Below are positions 14,101 to 29,100 of a DNA stretch of 64,000 bases, piece after piece (position 1 is the first letter of the stretch; the number at the start of each line of letters is the position of its first letter). The position numbers and the translations under genes were made by a program. The stretch spans positions 136,400,001-136,464,000 of the forward strand of contig OZ260661.1 of the NCBI GenBank assembly GCA_965285935.1, read 5' to 3'. The notes under the pieces are model-generated. The model was not told the DNA's origin. It saw nothing but the letters and a program-made list of their open reading frames with translations, and did no database searches. Origin of the DNA: Ophelia neglecta (taxonomy: Eukaryota).

Positions 14101-17100
14101 TGTGTTTGCTCAAATAAAGAACATTAATGGTAGCGAAATTTAAGGTTTCTCCTGGGAGCGTCCATAAGTCGGTCTGCCTTTAGCTCTACTTCTCACCCAA
14201 GGTTTTGCTTGCATTTATTTTTCCAGCCTGCTCTTTAATATTTTTCATATACAAATGTTTTCTTTTTAGATAACTTCAAAATGTGGACTTGCTTTTTCAT
14301 TTTTATATTATGTAATTATTTGGCCATCACTTATTATATCAAACTTATATGAAAATTTTCCGGCTTGTATATGCTCAACAGCCACTATGACATCATATTA
14401 CTGCTGATAAAACTTTTGTTGCTAGTTTGTTACCTTCAGGGTTGACAAAAGTTATCTTAGCCTCGCCTGCGGCAGCATTGTAGTCTACCATCTCAATTTC
14501 ACCTCTTCCGGAACGTCGCTTGCTTTCGAAAAAATATTCAATGGTATCACAGGCGATGCTCTGCTTCAACCCTGGAAAACACATGAGATAAAAAACAGGA
14601 CATTAACACTACAATACATCCACAAAGATTTGGAGCGACGGGCCTAACTGGGGTTGGTATGAAGAATGAAAATTGGATTTCAAATTGAAACTACAACAAT
14701 GACATGTGAAGGAAATGGATCAGTGTCACATTGTTGGCAGTGTTTCAAGTGCTGATCTCAATAGGCACTAAGGGCTTATCAATTTTTAATTAGGGGGCGG
14801 GGGTAATGAACTAGTTGTAAGCCCCAGGTGAAATTATATGCTACCCCCCCCCTCACCTCCTAATCGCCCTAATAACAACTTTCCCTATAACCATGTTACA
14901 ACCCCCCCCCCCTCTTCCCTTAGGTTAATTTGGATTTAAGCATAAAAATCATCCAATGCATGAAATTTAATTAAACCTACATATAGATCTAGAGAAGTAT
15001 TCATGAGTTTTTACCAGCGTAATTAACTGCTAGATAAATATTCATTCTTCACAGCCAAAGATCAAGGTGTATGCTGAATAAACAGCATCACTCTAGACAA
15101 GGAATTCACCAAACCATCTGGATGTATTGCACCTGCCCTTGGGGAGCATGCTATATTTTGTTTCAATAAGCAAGTTTTCCGGCCATGTGGTCCAATGTAG
15201 TAATGTGAAATGAGAAAGCCATTGGTGGCAAATTTATTTGCAAATATAAGACTACTACTTGTTTATCAATTTACAAGAGCCATCCAATCTGGTCCTGGGG
15301 AATATTATTTACAAGAAAACCAAGAAGACACCATGGTGATGATAAATAATCAACAAAATTGTTCCCACCAAAATACCCCCCCCCCAACCCCAATCTTCAT
15401 TTCAATCTCCCCCACTCCCCCCCCCCTCCTAGTTTTAATTAGATAACTAGGTTAACCTGTGAAATATGCCCCCTCTAAAAGCACGAGTTGTGTGGGATAT
15501 TTAGTAATCCACATAATTATACGAGTTCCATTGAAGTTTTGATAATGACATCAGAAGTCAGTTCGTTCTTGGGGGGGGGGGGCATTCTAAATCACTAAGT
15601 CACCAAGATATCCCTGATGGGATCATTCTGATAGGAAGTTAACAACTGGTTTCACATCATCACATACAACCAAATTAGCCTCACAAACTAATCCATGTAG
15701 CTCCAGCCAGCGGTGAATGCTATCCAAACCAATTGCTAGACTGACTTATGTGGTTCTTACAGATGTCCAATGTAGTTCCAAGCTGTAGCTGATAAAGCAA
15801 AGGCACAAATGATTTTTCTATTTGACCTTGAAATAAACACCAAGGTCAATTTTGAGAACTCTATAAAATACCCAAAATATGCTTCCCTATAGGTTTGTGG
15901 ATCTAGGTGCTAGCTAAACTAAAGGCAAAATCATGAATATAATGATCTGACCTTGAAAATGAACACCAAGGTCAATTCCATTACTCAATAAGATGGGTAA
16001 AATATGCCTTCTGATAGGAGTCCAATGTTGATCTAGGTTGTTGTTGTTGTTGTTCGGGGTTTTACATGGCTTTCAACACTTATCGGTCATATCGCCACTG
16101 TGCCTACTTGTGACAGTGGGCTCAATGCCCTCTTTAGAGTGCTGCCTCACTGGAGTATCTGCCGTAGACACCAGACAGGGAACTCCACCCAGTCACTTTA
16201 TACTGACACCGGGTTGACCAGTCGTGATACTACCTCCGAAATACCGGGCGCCTGGCAGGGAAGCTATCAGTACCTATTTTTACGTTTTAGGTTTAACGCG
16301 ATCGAGGTTCGAACCCTGATCTCCCACTTGCGAGGCGGACACCCTAACCACTCGGCCACGCTTTGGTGGTCTAGGTACTAGCTTTTAAGGAAGAAATAAT
16401 GATAATAGTGCTCTGACCTTGAAAATAGACACCAGTTATTATTATTATTATTGCACTTTTATAGCGCTTAACCCTGTAAAACTTTAAGCGCTTCACAATC
16501 ACACATGCACATATATGAATTAAGAAAACAAAGTAAATTAAAAGCAATACTCTAGACTAGAGCTAGAATGACTCGAATTAAAATGAGAATGTTTTACATT
16601 AAAACTGTTTGTATATCTTCATAAATAAAAATGTCTTTCATTGCTTCTTAAAAGCTGTCACAGACTCAACATGTCTCAGGGGAAGCTGATTTCAGAGGCG
16701 CGGTGCCACTAACTTAAAACACCGATCCCCATAAGTTTTTGTAGCTGCCCGTGGAACTGGTAGAAGGGACTGAGCTCACGGCCCTGGTCTATGGTGGCTC
16801 ACAAGACTAGATAAATATGGCGGCGCATGGCCGTGCTTTGCATTATATGACAACAGCAATACCCCATAGGCTATAGATTTTGAGCTAAACATTACAGAAA
16901 CTTGGCAAGAACATGAACGTCCATAGATAGGTGGGAATCAAAATATACCCCTAAGTTTTTGACCTCTGCAACCGGCTTGATCTTACTAGAATCAAACCGA
17001 AATGACAAATCCGCACCAGACAAAGGGCAGTATTTTGGACTGAAGAAAATGATTTCAGTCTTGCTACTATTAGGTTTTAATAAATTTCTGTTCAACCAAA

Positions 17101-20100
17101 TATGGATGTCGGCCACACAGTTCTCAACATGCGTGAAAATTATAGAAAAATAATTGCAGCTACTGGCTATAGGCAGTAAATTTTTGGACCCAATACAGAG
17201 CCTTGTGGCATGGCAATACAATGTGGTTTTTCTGCAGACTCCTTGCCATGAATAGACACTACCTGTCGCCTTTTGTCCAAATATGATTTTAGCCATGCCA
17301 GGACTTTTCCACGGATACCATATATATGATAAAGACGATCTAGGACTATGCTATGCTCTAGGGTATCGAAGGCAGCAGAAAGGTCAGGCATGACTAATAT
17401 AGCACTGCTGCCCTTGTCCAATGCCTCAGCGATATCGGAGTAAACCATGAGCAAGGCGGTCTCCGTAGAGTGACCCTTGCGGTATGCTGATTGAAGCGGA
17501 TCTCTGAGGTGCTTTACGCTCAGATGAGACTCTATTTGCATGGCCACAGCCTTTCTAGGAATTTTGAAAGGAAAGGCAAGTTTGAAACAGGCTTATAGTT
17601 TTTAAGCAAATTTTTTCCAAACCTGGCCTTTTCAGGAGTGGTCGGACAAGCTATCATATCTTTTCAAGCTATCATGGAACTCTGAAGAATTAAGCGAGTC
17701 ATTCACAATAGCTGTGATAGGCAGCAATAATTCATTAATACAAAGCTTCAGAAACAAGGTGGGTATGGGGTCAGCCTCATAGGATTTTGAAGGGGAGTTC
17801 ATCATCAGCTTCTCAACCTCGTGAGAGGTGAGTGAACAAACACTGGCCAAAGGATCTCCAGTGAAGGCTGGTTCAATTTCAGAGACGACATAGTTTGGCA
17901 CTGATGCAATGGGTTCACTGTCTGGAAAATCTTATCCCTGATGTTCAAAATTTTATTAAAAAAAGAAATTATTTTACTTCTCACCCAGTTCAGAGTTATT
18001 GATACTATCAGGGAGAATTGGTTCACCATTCTCACCACCTAGTGATTAAGTAATTTTAAAAAGTTGCTTAAAATCTCCTCCGGCCGATTCGACCCTGTCT
18101 TTGAGGTAAGCTGCCTTGAAGGTCAAATCTGAAAACACCAATCAATTCGCAGCCCAGCGTTTCTATTTACACTTTAATATTAATTTAAGGTCTTTAGTCA
18201 TATTATAGAATTTATACTGCAAATAAAAACAGTCAAACTTTTATGTTCGGGGGTTTCACAAGAACAATCCCAGACCATATTATGGCATATTCTTTCTGCC
18301 AAAATAAAAAAAATTAAAAAGCAGGTGTTTTCCTTTTATCATGCGAGAAATGAATGTGGATGCCGGACCCTAAACACCGAATGACATACAAAATAAAATG
18401 TCCCCTACAAAGTATGGTGGTCATAATTAAAAAGAGAATTTAAACAAACATTTGCTACTTTATTTAACTATAATTATCTTCAAACCTTTCACTAGAACAG
18501 TATTCTTCCGCGAGTCAGCATCTAAAATATTCTCTTTGGTATCAAAAGTTACTTCTAGCTTGGACTTTTCCAGAGTCAAAGGTCCATGTTGGAGCACATT
18601 GGCAGCATCTGTGAACAAAACGTACACCTTACAAATAGTTCAAATACCGAGAGTATTGAAAAGTACATAGATTTAGGGATGACACAAGGGCTAAATATAC
18701 ACTAAATAAGTTTCTGCCTTCCTCTATGATACCAAGAGGTTGGAGACATGACTTTAAATTGCTGATTGGTTGTTATACACACATTTAAGAATTTTTTATC
18801 CTGTTTGGTAATACAGCAGTCCCTGCGATGTAGGGCCGACCCTCCATTAGAGCAAAAGTGGCCTTAATTGCAGTTGGCCCTTCGTCGGAGGGAATGGACA
18901 CCCGGCAAAATTTATCTACCCAAGCGTGAAGAATTAATCATTAATTCTAAATAAAATCATCTATAATGCTATACATATTTTTATTACACACCAGTCATCA
19001 ATTTTTACCACGGATAGACACATTTGCCTTATATAAACAGCATGAAGCTGTCAACAGCTACAGTTTTGACCACCAAATATCAAAGACTGATCCCCATACA
19101 AGCTCCAGCACAGCCAAAGCCAGCTATTACAAACAGTCTGCCTGTTAGTCGTGTCGATCAGCCAGACTGTCTATGTGATTAGCACACAACAAACAAACAC
19201 ATTTAATTACCAGCTCTGTTGATATAGTGTATTGCCTCAGTGAATTGGCTGTGTGTCCTCAGTTATGATTGGCTAATTGCAATCACACCCCTGTTGTAAA
19301 CAAAATCCGGCTTCACCCGACAGCCGAGTTTTCAGACGGACAAATTTTCTCCATGAATTATTGTCAAAAAGCATGAAATGGCCACTTGTATCAGAGAATA
19401 AAGGGATAAAATTACTGTCCCCAACCCAATTAAGCAGGTGGCCGGCCATTCCAGGTATTTTTAATGGAAAGACAATCGGCACATTGAAATAATTGCCAAC
19501 CAGAGAGTGCCCATTACAAGGACTGCACATTACAGAGTCTGCTGTATTCATTTACTATAACACTACTTGGTTCAATAAACAGGATGCTCAATTACCTTTG
19601 GGATCTTTAAATGTAATTTTCGCTTCTGTTGAGCCCTCAGAACGCACTACTTCTTCAATGTCACCACCACCTGATCTCTTCTTGCTCTCAAAAAAGTAGG
19701 TTAGCGTATCGTTAGGTGTTTGTTTATTGATTCCCTTCACCTTAATCACTCTTTGGGGTTCATTTGGCAGCTCTGGTTCTTCATTCAGGTTCTTAGCATC
19801 TAAACAAGTTTCAGCAGGGTTAAATCAGTAGCAACATTGACACATTTGTGTTCATCGTCATATGAAAGTAAGAAACACTAATTTAAGAAATTGCTAATGG
19901 TTGGGTTAGCTGAATTAATGGTTATCAAAACGAGCTCAGTGAAGAGAAATCTTTGACTTGAGTATTAGTAGTAGTAAGTTTGTAAACAATACAATAAAAA
20001 CTCCCAGTCCCTAGCACACCAATAACTACCTACTGATTTCTGTGCATTGAGGCCTTGCTTAGTTACAGACAAAACAAAAGGATTCAGCAGTGGTGGCTAC

Positions 20101-23100
20101 TGGACTGCCAGGAGGCCCAATTCATATCCCCCTATTTTGTCTTCAAAAGTGGCGGGTGGGGTGCAATTTAGGAAAGCTGTGTGATATTAGAATGCATCGG
20201 ACATACATTCGAAGGAGACAAATTAAGGAATATCATTCATTGTCTTCCAGGGTCATTTCTGACTTTCACATTTGTGAGTTACGTAAAGGCAAAGTTAAAT
20301 AAGGCATTTCGAAATACATGTTCCCCACCTATTAAAAGAATTGTAAACTTGATTGTCAAACCATCTAATCCCAACAGTATATATAAATTAAAACCAAATC
20401 CAAACATGTAAAGGCAAAACATGCTTATTCTTACAATGTGCCTCCTGTTATGTACAGAAATGCCAGAAAGTAAAGCAAAATTTAACACACTTCCGACCCC
20501 GCCCCCTCCCCCTCGCAAGGCGCCTTTCGGTCCCTTCTTCCCTATCCCCTTCTGTTCCCCCACCCCCTTCTCACCATGCCTTCATACCACATGTAATGTC
20601 CAGAAATGCAAAGAAAGAAACCTTTTTTTTTGCCATGCTATATACCCCACTCCACCCACCTCCCAGCCTGATAAGATTTTTATTTACACATCACTTACCC
20701 CCCCCCCCCCCCCATCAGCCAGGTCTCCCCCAACCCCCATTAGCCTCGTCCCCCCCCAGCTCCTTTATGCCCTCCTGCCCCTAACCACTCACACTACGTA
20801 GACATGCAAAGAAAGTAAAACATTTGAAACACCTACACATGCGGGGTGAAATAACTAGTACATGTTTAAGTGTAACTGACTGATTTCATATGTTGCCTTA
20901 CTATTGAACTAAAGAAATCTATTAAACTTTTTATAGTACTGGTACAGAAGTTGTAATTAACCATGCTAGAATAGGAAGTGTCTGCAACGTGCAGGCTTTC
21001 TAACCCTTCTATAGAACTTAAAAACAAAGATAAATATTATACAAAATTTCAATTCGACTATAGTGGTCCCTGTGATGTAGGAACACATCTAAATCCAAGC
21101 AAAAGTTTCCCTACATAGCAGATGTCCCTTCATCAGAGGTACATTAACATTGGAAAGATAGGACATGGGAAATAACCTGAACAATCATACTTTCTTATTA
21201 AAAAATGCCAAAATAGTTCCTACCTGACATATGTGCATGTATTTTCTCTAATGCATCACCAGCCCCAATAAAAATAGTATCCTCTCTTTCCATCCCTGTA
21301 GTTGGATTGTCAATAGGGGAAATGGACAAAGGTGATCCTTCTAAATAAAGACTCCTCCGTGACAAAATACGCTGAGCAACTAAATAATGAAAACATGGCT
21401 TTCAAAAACTAAATATTTCTTATACAAAACACCAATATAATATTATTCCCAATATTGGTCTTAGTTTTTCAGTGGTTTAGTTTCTAAAGGCAATAGGCCT
21501 TTTTTCCAGGATGTTATATCTGTTTGCCTAGAATCATGCATCTAGCTAAGAAATATGAATTTACATATAGTTAAATGAAATCAAATCCCAAGTACAGCCC
21601 AAGGATAGATTTCGGTAAGTGTCGCCTCTTGCACATGCAGCTAATAATTATAACATTTTAGGCCTGATAATCATAAGAACCCTGTTTAAGGATTTTCAAA
21701 CAATTGAAGTTATAAAGACCTTTGTTTTGCTTTTTAAAGATCAATCTCATTAATTGAGTGGACAGTGTTTACCTTCTCTGTCGTGGAAGGTGATGACAGC
21801 CTCACAGTCGCAGTGTGTTGCTTCCTTGATATTACCACCTCCACTGCGGTTTCTGTTGCTGAAAAAGTTCTCCACAGTTTCTGTTGTGGTTTTATGACGT
21901 ATTCCTTTTACCTAAAACCAAAGTTACATTTGTACTAATTTTAACAGGTTATGATGGTTAAGATCAACAGGTTAAGATGTTCAGTGCAGAACGCACACGT
22001 TCATATGCAAAGTGAGTCTGGTATAAAGGAGAGTCCACCAGCCCAGGCAGGTTTATGACATTTAAGACTGGTATAAATAAAATTTCATTTCTTAGAAATA
22101 ATTTTTCTAAGCACTGTCATATTTGATAAACTAAAATTGAATTTTTAATAGAAATGGTTGATCAGCACTTGTGAGACAGGGAATTGAGGGCCTCTTCATT
22201 TGCACTGCTAAAAAGTAGTACCTGACAGGAAAACCCTGTTTCCATCAGTTTTAATAAATCTATAGTATGACATAGAAATGAAACCAAGGATATCATATTG
22301 ACTGTGTCAACAGACCTCACACAGCTCTATATGTCAAAGAACAAACGACAATTTAGTAACTCCTCACACCTACGTGCAATCTGGAAGTCACTGCAGGCTT
22401 AATAGGAGATCTCTACATTACCACCAATTTTGTATCTAATCACACAACACACCTTCTAAGTATGCTTACTTGATATTTGCACAAATAGTAACTTACTGGA
22501 GAAGCACAATAAAGAAGCAGGTAAACCAGTTTGATTTGTTGCTACATAAGTGACACATGTTGAACAAATAAGTGACTCCCCAAGGTGATTGGTGATGAAA
22601 GCCAGGCATAGATCATATGAATACTATATTAAATAGTTACCCATTTCTTTACCTGTATTGTCGAAGCAATATTCTTAGATAGTTTTTCTTGCTTGGCTTC
22701 AGGCATGTCCTTCCTGACATGGGTTTGGTCTGGGGATTCTCGAAGTCTCCTTTGTTGCAACTGATCAGGATTACGTAATAGTTCGTCTGGCTTGATAGGC
22801 AGGCCATGGCTGTCAACCCAAGGCAAAGTCGTGGGGTGGATGCCGACAGTGAAACTATCTATTATCATTGTTCGGTAATTACGTACTTTTACTGCAACTG
22901 AAATGAAGAAAAGAGTTGTATTTTATCCACTGCCCATTACACAGCTGGCCAACAACCTAGAGCAGTAAGAAGGCATTGGAAGGCTCAGTGCCAGCAACTG
23001 CCTTCCTCTGTGGTAGCTGTGCAGGTGCTGACCGGCTTGAATCAACTCCCTGTTAGCACCAAATATAATGTTCTTCCCTTCTGTCATTTGTTTTCTCTCC

Positions 23101-26100
23101 ACAGATTTTGACAAAAAACAGCTACATGCTACATTGAGTTACACAAATGAAAGTAAGTTTTGAAAAATCATCACTTGAAATCAGCATGGATCCTGTGCTG
23201 TTCGCTGGATCCCGTGCTGTCATTGCTTTTTAAGAATCCACTTGATATGAACCTTCAACTTATTATGAATATACACAATTCATCATTCACATCTGGGCTG
23301 TGTACAGATGAGATGAAAAAGGCAATATTGATACCGATGCTGGAGAAAACTGGGTCAAATGTCAATATGGTTAAGATTTTACATGGCTGTTAGTACCTTT
23401 TGTTAGTATACAAGGCAATTGAGGGTGTAGATGCAGGGCAGGAGCTCTCTAAATATAGAAAGTGCTCGAGTCAGCATACTGGCTATTCCCTTATACACCC
23501 ACTGGGCGGTTAAATATTTCGAATATGGTGGCTCTATTATGATTAGATGTAGTAAAGATCAAAGTTGATTAATTAATTAACACTCATTAGCTAATTGTAC
23601 ACTCTGCTGATGTGCAACAGTGGTAAAAGTATGATGGTTGTATACTGTGATGCCAGATGCTCAAATAACACATCTCCTAAATGCTAATAAAATGAGCTGC
23701 CTGTGCAAACTTGGGAATTGTTTTAAACCTTTTGAATCCAGCTTGACCACTACTCAAATCAATCCCTAGCTCTCATCTTTCATTTTCCCTCAGTTAAAAT
23801 AACAGACTGTTAAAATTCTAATGCTAGTTTTCAAGCTGAAAGTTTACTGCCTTTGCTAAAGGAAAGGGAAACAGCAGCAAAATACTATAGGATTCAGAGG
23901 AAAACAGGTCAGGTTTTGTGCCATTAAAAAGGAAAGTTAAAATCATGGTCAGAGTGGAAAATTACTGCATGGAGGGGGGGGGGGGAGGGGACAAAAGGGT
24001 AGTAGATAGACACAAGGAAATTAGTAAAGCTGGCTATGTGAAAGGAATGACAAAGGAGTGATGCCTAGATAGCAACTGATTATGGGAATAATACGAGGGC
24101 AGCGCCACAGGTTAACAAGCTGGAGCTGACTGAAGAGGGCAGACAGTGAGCTTGACTCAGTTCAGTCTGGTGACACTGATAGATGAACTTAAAAGCATAC
24201 TGTATTGCTAATAAATTTAAAACCTGTCTATAATGAACTTCATCCTAGTCATCTCAGTACATAATGTTTCTGTCAGAACGCTTAGATAAGAATTAACGTA
24301 TTGAAAGTCACAATTTAAGGTTCATTTGTTGACTAGATCAGGAGAGCAGAATTGTTAGGTAAATGGTGGTAACAGGGAATAGACGGTATAAGCCAGGTCT
24401 CTATACAGAGTCAGTCTGCTGCTACAGTATCATAAAAACTTACTGACAACAATGGATGACCGTGGAAAAAATGTTTGGAGTCGAAGGTTAGTGTCAATAG
24501 CTTAGCCCTTGCCTAAAGACTATATAGATATTATTTAATTTCTGTTTTTTTTTCCTGAACAGAGGAAATTCAGATCTCTGCACTCATTCTCTTATAATAT
24601 GGGGTAATAATTTTCCATAAAAATGACAGTCAATACGAGAAGTCACCTTACCTGATTCGTCTTTAAATTTAATTCTTGCAGTGTGTATGTCACTGTCAAG
24701 ATGAATATATTCAATCTCTCCACCAACTTTGGGTTTCTCAAGTCTTTCTCTCAGACTAGATTCAGTAGTAATAGGGTTGAGTTGGCTGAGAAACACATGT
24801 GATGAAACGACAGCTTTTTGGGGACGTTTTATTTCTGCAATTAAGAATAGTTGAAAAAAGTATGTTTATATACTAGTATGCATGCAAAATATATCATGCT
24901 ATATAATTCAACCTCGAGGGTCCATACTGATGAAGTCGTATTTATAGTAAGTTAAATAGTATTAATCTTTAACCTTTTTAAACTACTATTTTAAAGACTG
25001 TTAATTGTCACCCAGCAGATATATATATATATATATATACATATATAGGTACTGTTTACAGCTGCTGGAGTATCTGAGGGCATACAGTCCTCAGTAGCAA
25101 CAGCTTATTGATGCTTCAATTTATTAAAAAAAAATTTCCGGCGTGTATAGGTTCAACAGCGACCATGACATCATATGTCATAGTGGCTATATACCCCACC
25201 CCACCCACCTCCCACCCTGATCCCTAAAGCCCTCTTTTCCCCAACCCCTACTTTCCTCCCTTCAGTAGAAATTCCAAGAAAAGATTTTTATTTACACATC
25301 ACTTACCCCCCCCCCCCATCAACCAGCCCCAACCCCCAACGAGCCTCGTCCCCCCCCAGCTACTTTATGCCCTCCTGCCCCTAACCACTCACACTATGTA
25401 GACATCCAAAGAAAGTCAAACATTTGAAACACCTACACATGCGGGGTGAAATTTCTAGTACATGTTAAGTGTTTAAGTGAACTAAAGAAATCTATTAAAC
25501 TGGTTATAGTACTAGTACAGAAGTTGTAATTAAGCATGCTAGAAAAGGAAGTGTCTGCAACATGCACGTTTTCTCACCCTTATAGAAAACTCAAAAGCAA
25601 CGATAAATATCATACAAAATTTCCATTCGACTCCAGTGGTCCCTCTGATGTAGGGACACATCTTATTCCAAGCAAAATTGTCCCTACATAGCATATTCAT
25701 GTTTAATTTTTACTGACTGATTTAACATGTTGCCTTACTATTGAACTAAAAAAATCTATTAAATTGTTTTTAGTACTTAACAATCATACTTTCTTATTAA
25801 AAAATGCTAAAATAGTGCCTACCTGACAGATGTGCATGTATTTTCTCTGATGCATCACCAGCCTCAATAAAAATAGTATCCTCTCTGTCCATCCCTGTAG
25901 TTGGATTGTCAATAGGGGAAATGGACAAAGGTGATCCTTCTAAATAAAGACTCCTCTGTGACAAAACACGCTGAGCAACTAAATAATGAAAACATGGCTT
26001 TCAAAAACTGAATATTTCTTATACAAATCAACAATATAATATTATACCCAATATTGGTCTTAGTTTTTCAGTGGTTTAGTTTCTAAAGGCAATAGGCCTT

Positions 26101-29100
26101 TTTTCCAGGATGTTATATCTGTTTGCCTAGAATCATGCATCTAGCTTAGAAATATTGCATACATGAATTCACATATAGTTAAATGAAATCAAATCCCAAG
26201 TACAGCCAAAGGATAGAATTGGGTGTCGCCTCTTGCACTTGCAGCCAATGGTTTGAATAAAACGTTAGGCTTGATAATCCGAAGAATCCTGGTAAAGGAT
26301 TTTCTAACAATTGAAGCTATATAAAGACCTATGTGGCGCTTTATTAAAGATCAATCTCATTGATTGAGTGGACAGTGTTTACCTTCTCTGTCGTGGAAGG
26401 TGATGACAGCATCACAGTCGCAGTGTGCTGTTTGCTTGATATTACCACCTCCACTGCGGTTTCTGTTGCTGAAAAACTGCTCCACAGTTTTTGTTGTGGT
26501 TTTATGATGTATTCCTTTTACCTAAAACCAAAGTTTCATTAGTACTAATTTCAATTAATTACAATTATGATGTTCATTGAAGATAAGGCATGTTCATATG
26601 CACAGTAATTATTGTGTAAAGAAGAGTCCATCAGCCTAGGTTGGTGTATGACATCTAAGACTGAGATGACAAAGCTCTAAGCACTGTCCATTTTGACAAA
26701 TGGAAATGCTAACTAATGCACCATCGAAGCGTGACTGAGTGGTTACGGCATCCGCCTCTAAAGTGGAGGATCAGGATTCAAATCTCGAAATATTCAAACC
26801 AAATACGTAAAAATGAGTACTGATAGCTCCCCTGCCAGGTGCCCGGTATCTCGGGGGTAGTATCAGGACTGGTCAACCCGGTGTCAGTATAATGTGACTG
26901 GGTGGGGTTCCCTGTCTGGTGTCTACGACAGATACTCCAGTGAGGCAGCACTATAAAGAGGGCAATAAGCCCACTGTCACAACCGTGGCGATGTGACCAT
27001 AACCCCAACCAACCAACCAACCAACCAACTACTGCGCCGCACACAAACCTGTGATTTAGCTGCATAAAATACATAGCTCCACTATGTGCGTGTTCGAAAA
27101 GTATGGTTTGACAGGAATACTCTGGCTCGGTCAGTTTTAATAAATCGTCAATATTATTTAAAAATGAAACCAAGCATATTTAACCTATTGACTGTGTCAA
27201 CAGACTTCATGCAGCTCTATGTGTCAAAGAACAAATAACATTTAAGTAACTCTTCAAAAGTATGTGCAATCTGGCTGGCTTAATAAGAGATCTTTACATT
27301 ACCACCAATTTTGTATCTAGTCTCACAACACATTTACTAAGTATGCTTACTTGATATTTGCACAAATAGTAACTTATTAGAGAAGCAAGTTTCAGGGAGA
27401 CACAATCTGCAATAGCCATGTTGACAAATAGCTAAACATCTGGAGTATGGGAATAATGACTGCCAATATTCCATTATGCAGCTCAACATTGTAATGTGCT
27501 AGTTGCTATATTCAAGCAAGTTAAATATCTTTTTCTCTTAACGATTATATGTCATGAATGTGAGCACAATAAAGAAGTGGCTAAACCAGTTTGATTTGTC
27601 GCTACAAAAGTGACACAGGTTGAACAAATGATTGACACCCCAAGGTGATTGGCGATGAAAGCCTAACACTACACGTGTAGGCATGGATCATATGAATACT
27701 ATATTTCTTTACCTGTATTGTTGAAGCAATATTCTTAGATAGTTTTTCTTGCTTGGCTTCAGGCATGTCCTTCCTGACATGGGTTTGGTCTGGGGATTCT
27801 CGAAGTCCCCTTTGTTGCGACTGATCAGGATTACGTAATGGTTCGTCTGGCTTGATAGGCAGGCCATGGCTGTCAACCCAAGGCATAGTCGTGGGGTGGA
27901 TGCCGACAGTGAAACTATCTATTATCATATTTCGGTAATTACGTACTTTTACTGCAACTGAAATGAAGAAAAGAGTTCTATTTTATTCACTGCCCATTAC
28001 ACAGCTGGCCAACAACGTAGAGCAGTAATTGTCGGCATTGGAAGGCTCAGTGCCAGCAACTGCCTTCCTATGTGGTAGCTGTGCAGGTGCTGATAGACTT
28101 GAATCAACTCCCTGTTAGCACCAAATATAATGTTCTTCCCTTTTGTCATTTGTTTTCTCTCCACAGATTTTGACAAAAAACAGCTACATGCTACATTGAG
28201 TTACACAAATGAAAGTAAGTTTCTCGATATATGTGAGAACATATCCAACGCCCTGGATTCTGGTGAAGAGGTTATTGGTGTCTTCATTGATTTAACAAAG
28301 GCATTTGACAAGGTTTGGCATAAAGGGCTACTTTATAAACTTAATAAGTGTGGCATAAATGGCCAAACTCTCTCGTGGTTAAGTGATTACCTGACTAACA
28401 GACGCCAACGTGTTACCCTTCCTGGAGGCACCTCCTCTTACAAGTCACTTGCTGCGGGTGTACCCCAAGGTTCTGTCTTGGGGTCTTTGCTCTTCTTGAT
28501 ATTTATCAATGACATCACGGTGGGCCTAGCACTAAGCCGTTCCTTTTTGCTGACGATACGTCACTAATTCACCGCTTTCCCACTAGTCGCATGAACGCTG
28601 CTATAGATACAATCAATGATGATCTCACTCTTATAGAATATTGGTGCAAAACTTGGAAAGTCACTATAAGCGTCCCAAAAACGAAATGTGTATATTTTAG
28701 TAGGAAGTCGAGGGACGAACTGCCTCCTCTTCTGTATCTAAGTAATAATCCCATCGAAATCTGCAAGTCTGTCAGTCACTTGGGTGTTACACTGACACGC
28801 AATTTGCAGTGGAATGAACATATAATGGATATTTCAAATAGGGCCTCTAAGCGTTTGAACATTCTACGTCTCCTTAAATATAAAATGTCTAGGAGAGGCT
28901 TAGACACAGTTTATAAGTCATATATACGACCAACTCTTGAATATGGCTCTGTTCTATTTCATGGTTGTACGCAGGACATGGCGAATGTGTTAGAAAAAAT
29001 TAATATTGCAGCTGCTCCTCTTGTGTCAGGGGCCAGGAAGGGAACCTCGCATTATCTTTTGTTAAATGAAGTGGGTTTGGTAAGTCTTGCTTCTCGACGG

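Larger units (their letters stand above)
15823..18126. repeat. About 120-bp tandem unit TGACCTTGAAA...CACCAAGGTCAA, interrupted by a SINE and a LINE
   Basis: Copies at 15823, 15948 and 16414; the third is split, with its GGTCAA half resuming at about 18120 after the LINE. Confidence 0.65.

Noticed and set aside
14100-14260. Possible exon following 14434-14571
   Set aside because: No clear acceptor; stops in the frames tested.
16290-16365. tRNA gene
   Set aside because: The A/B boxes are the head of a SINE that continues into core and tail; second copy at 26.7 kb.
20279-20801. Pro-rich and Gly-rich ORFs
   Set aside because: Poly-C low-complexity intronic sequence.
23160-23393. Duplicated 77-aa ORF (also 29976-30209)
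   Set aside because: Looks like an old LINE fragment ([12 protein letters not shown]) copied passively with the duplication.
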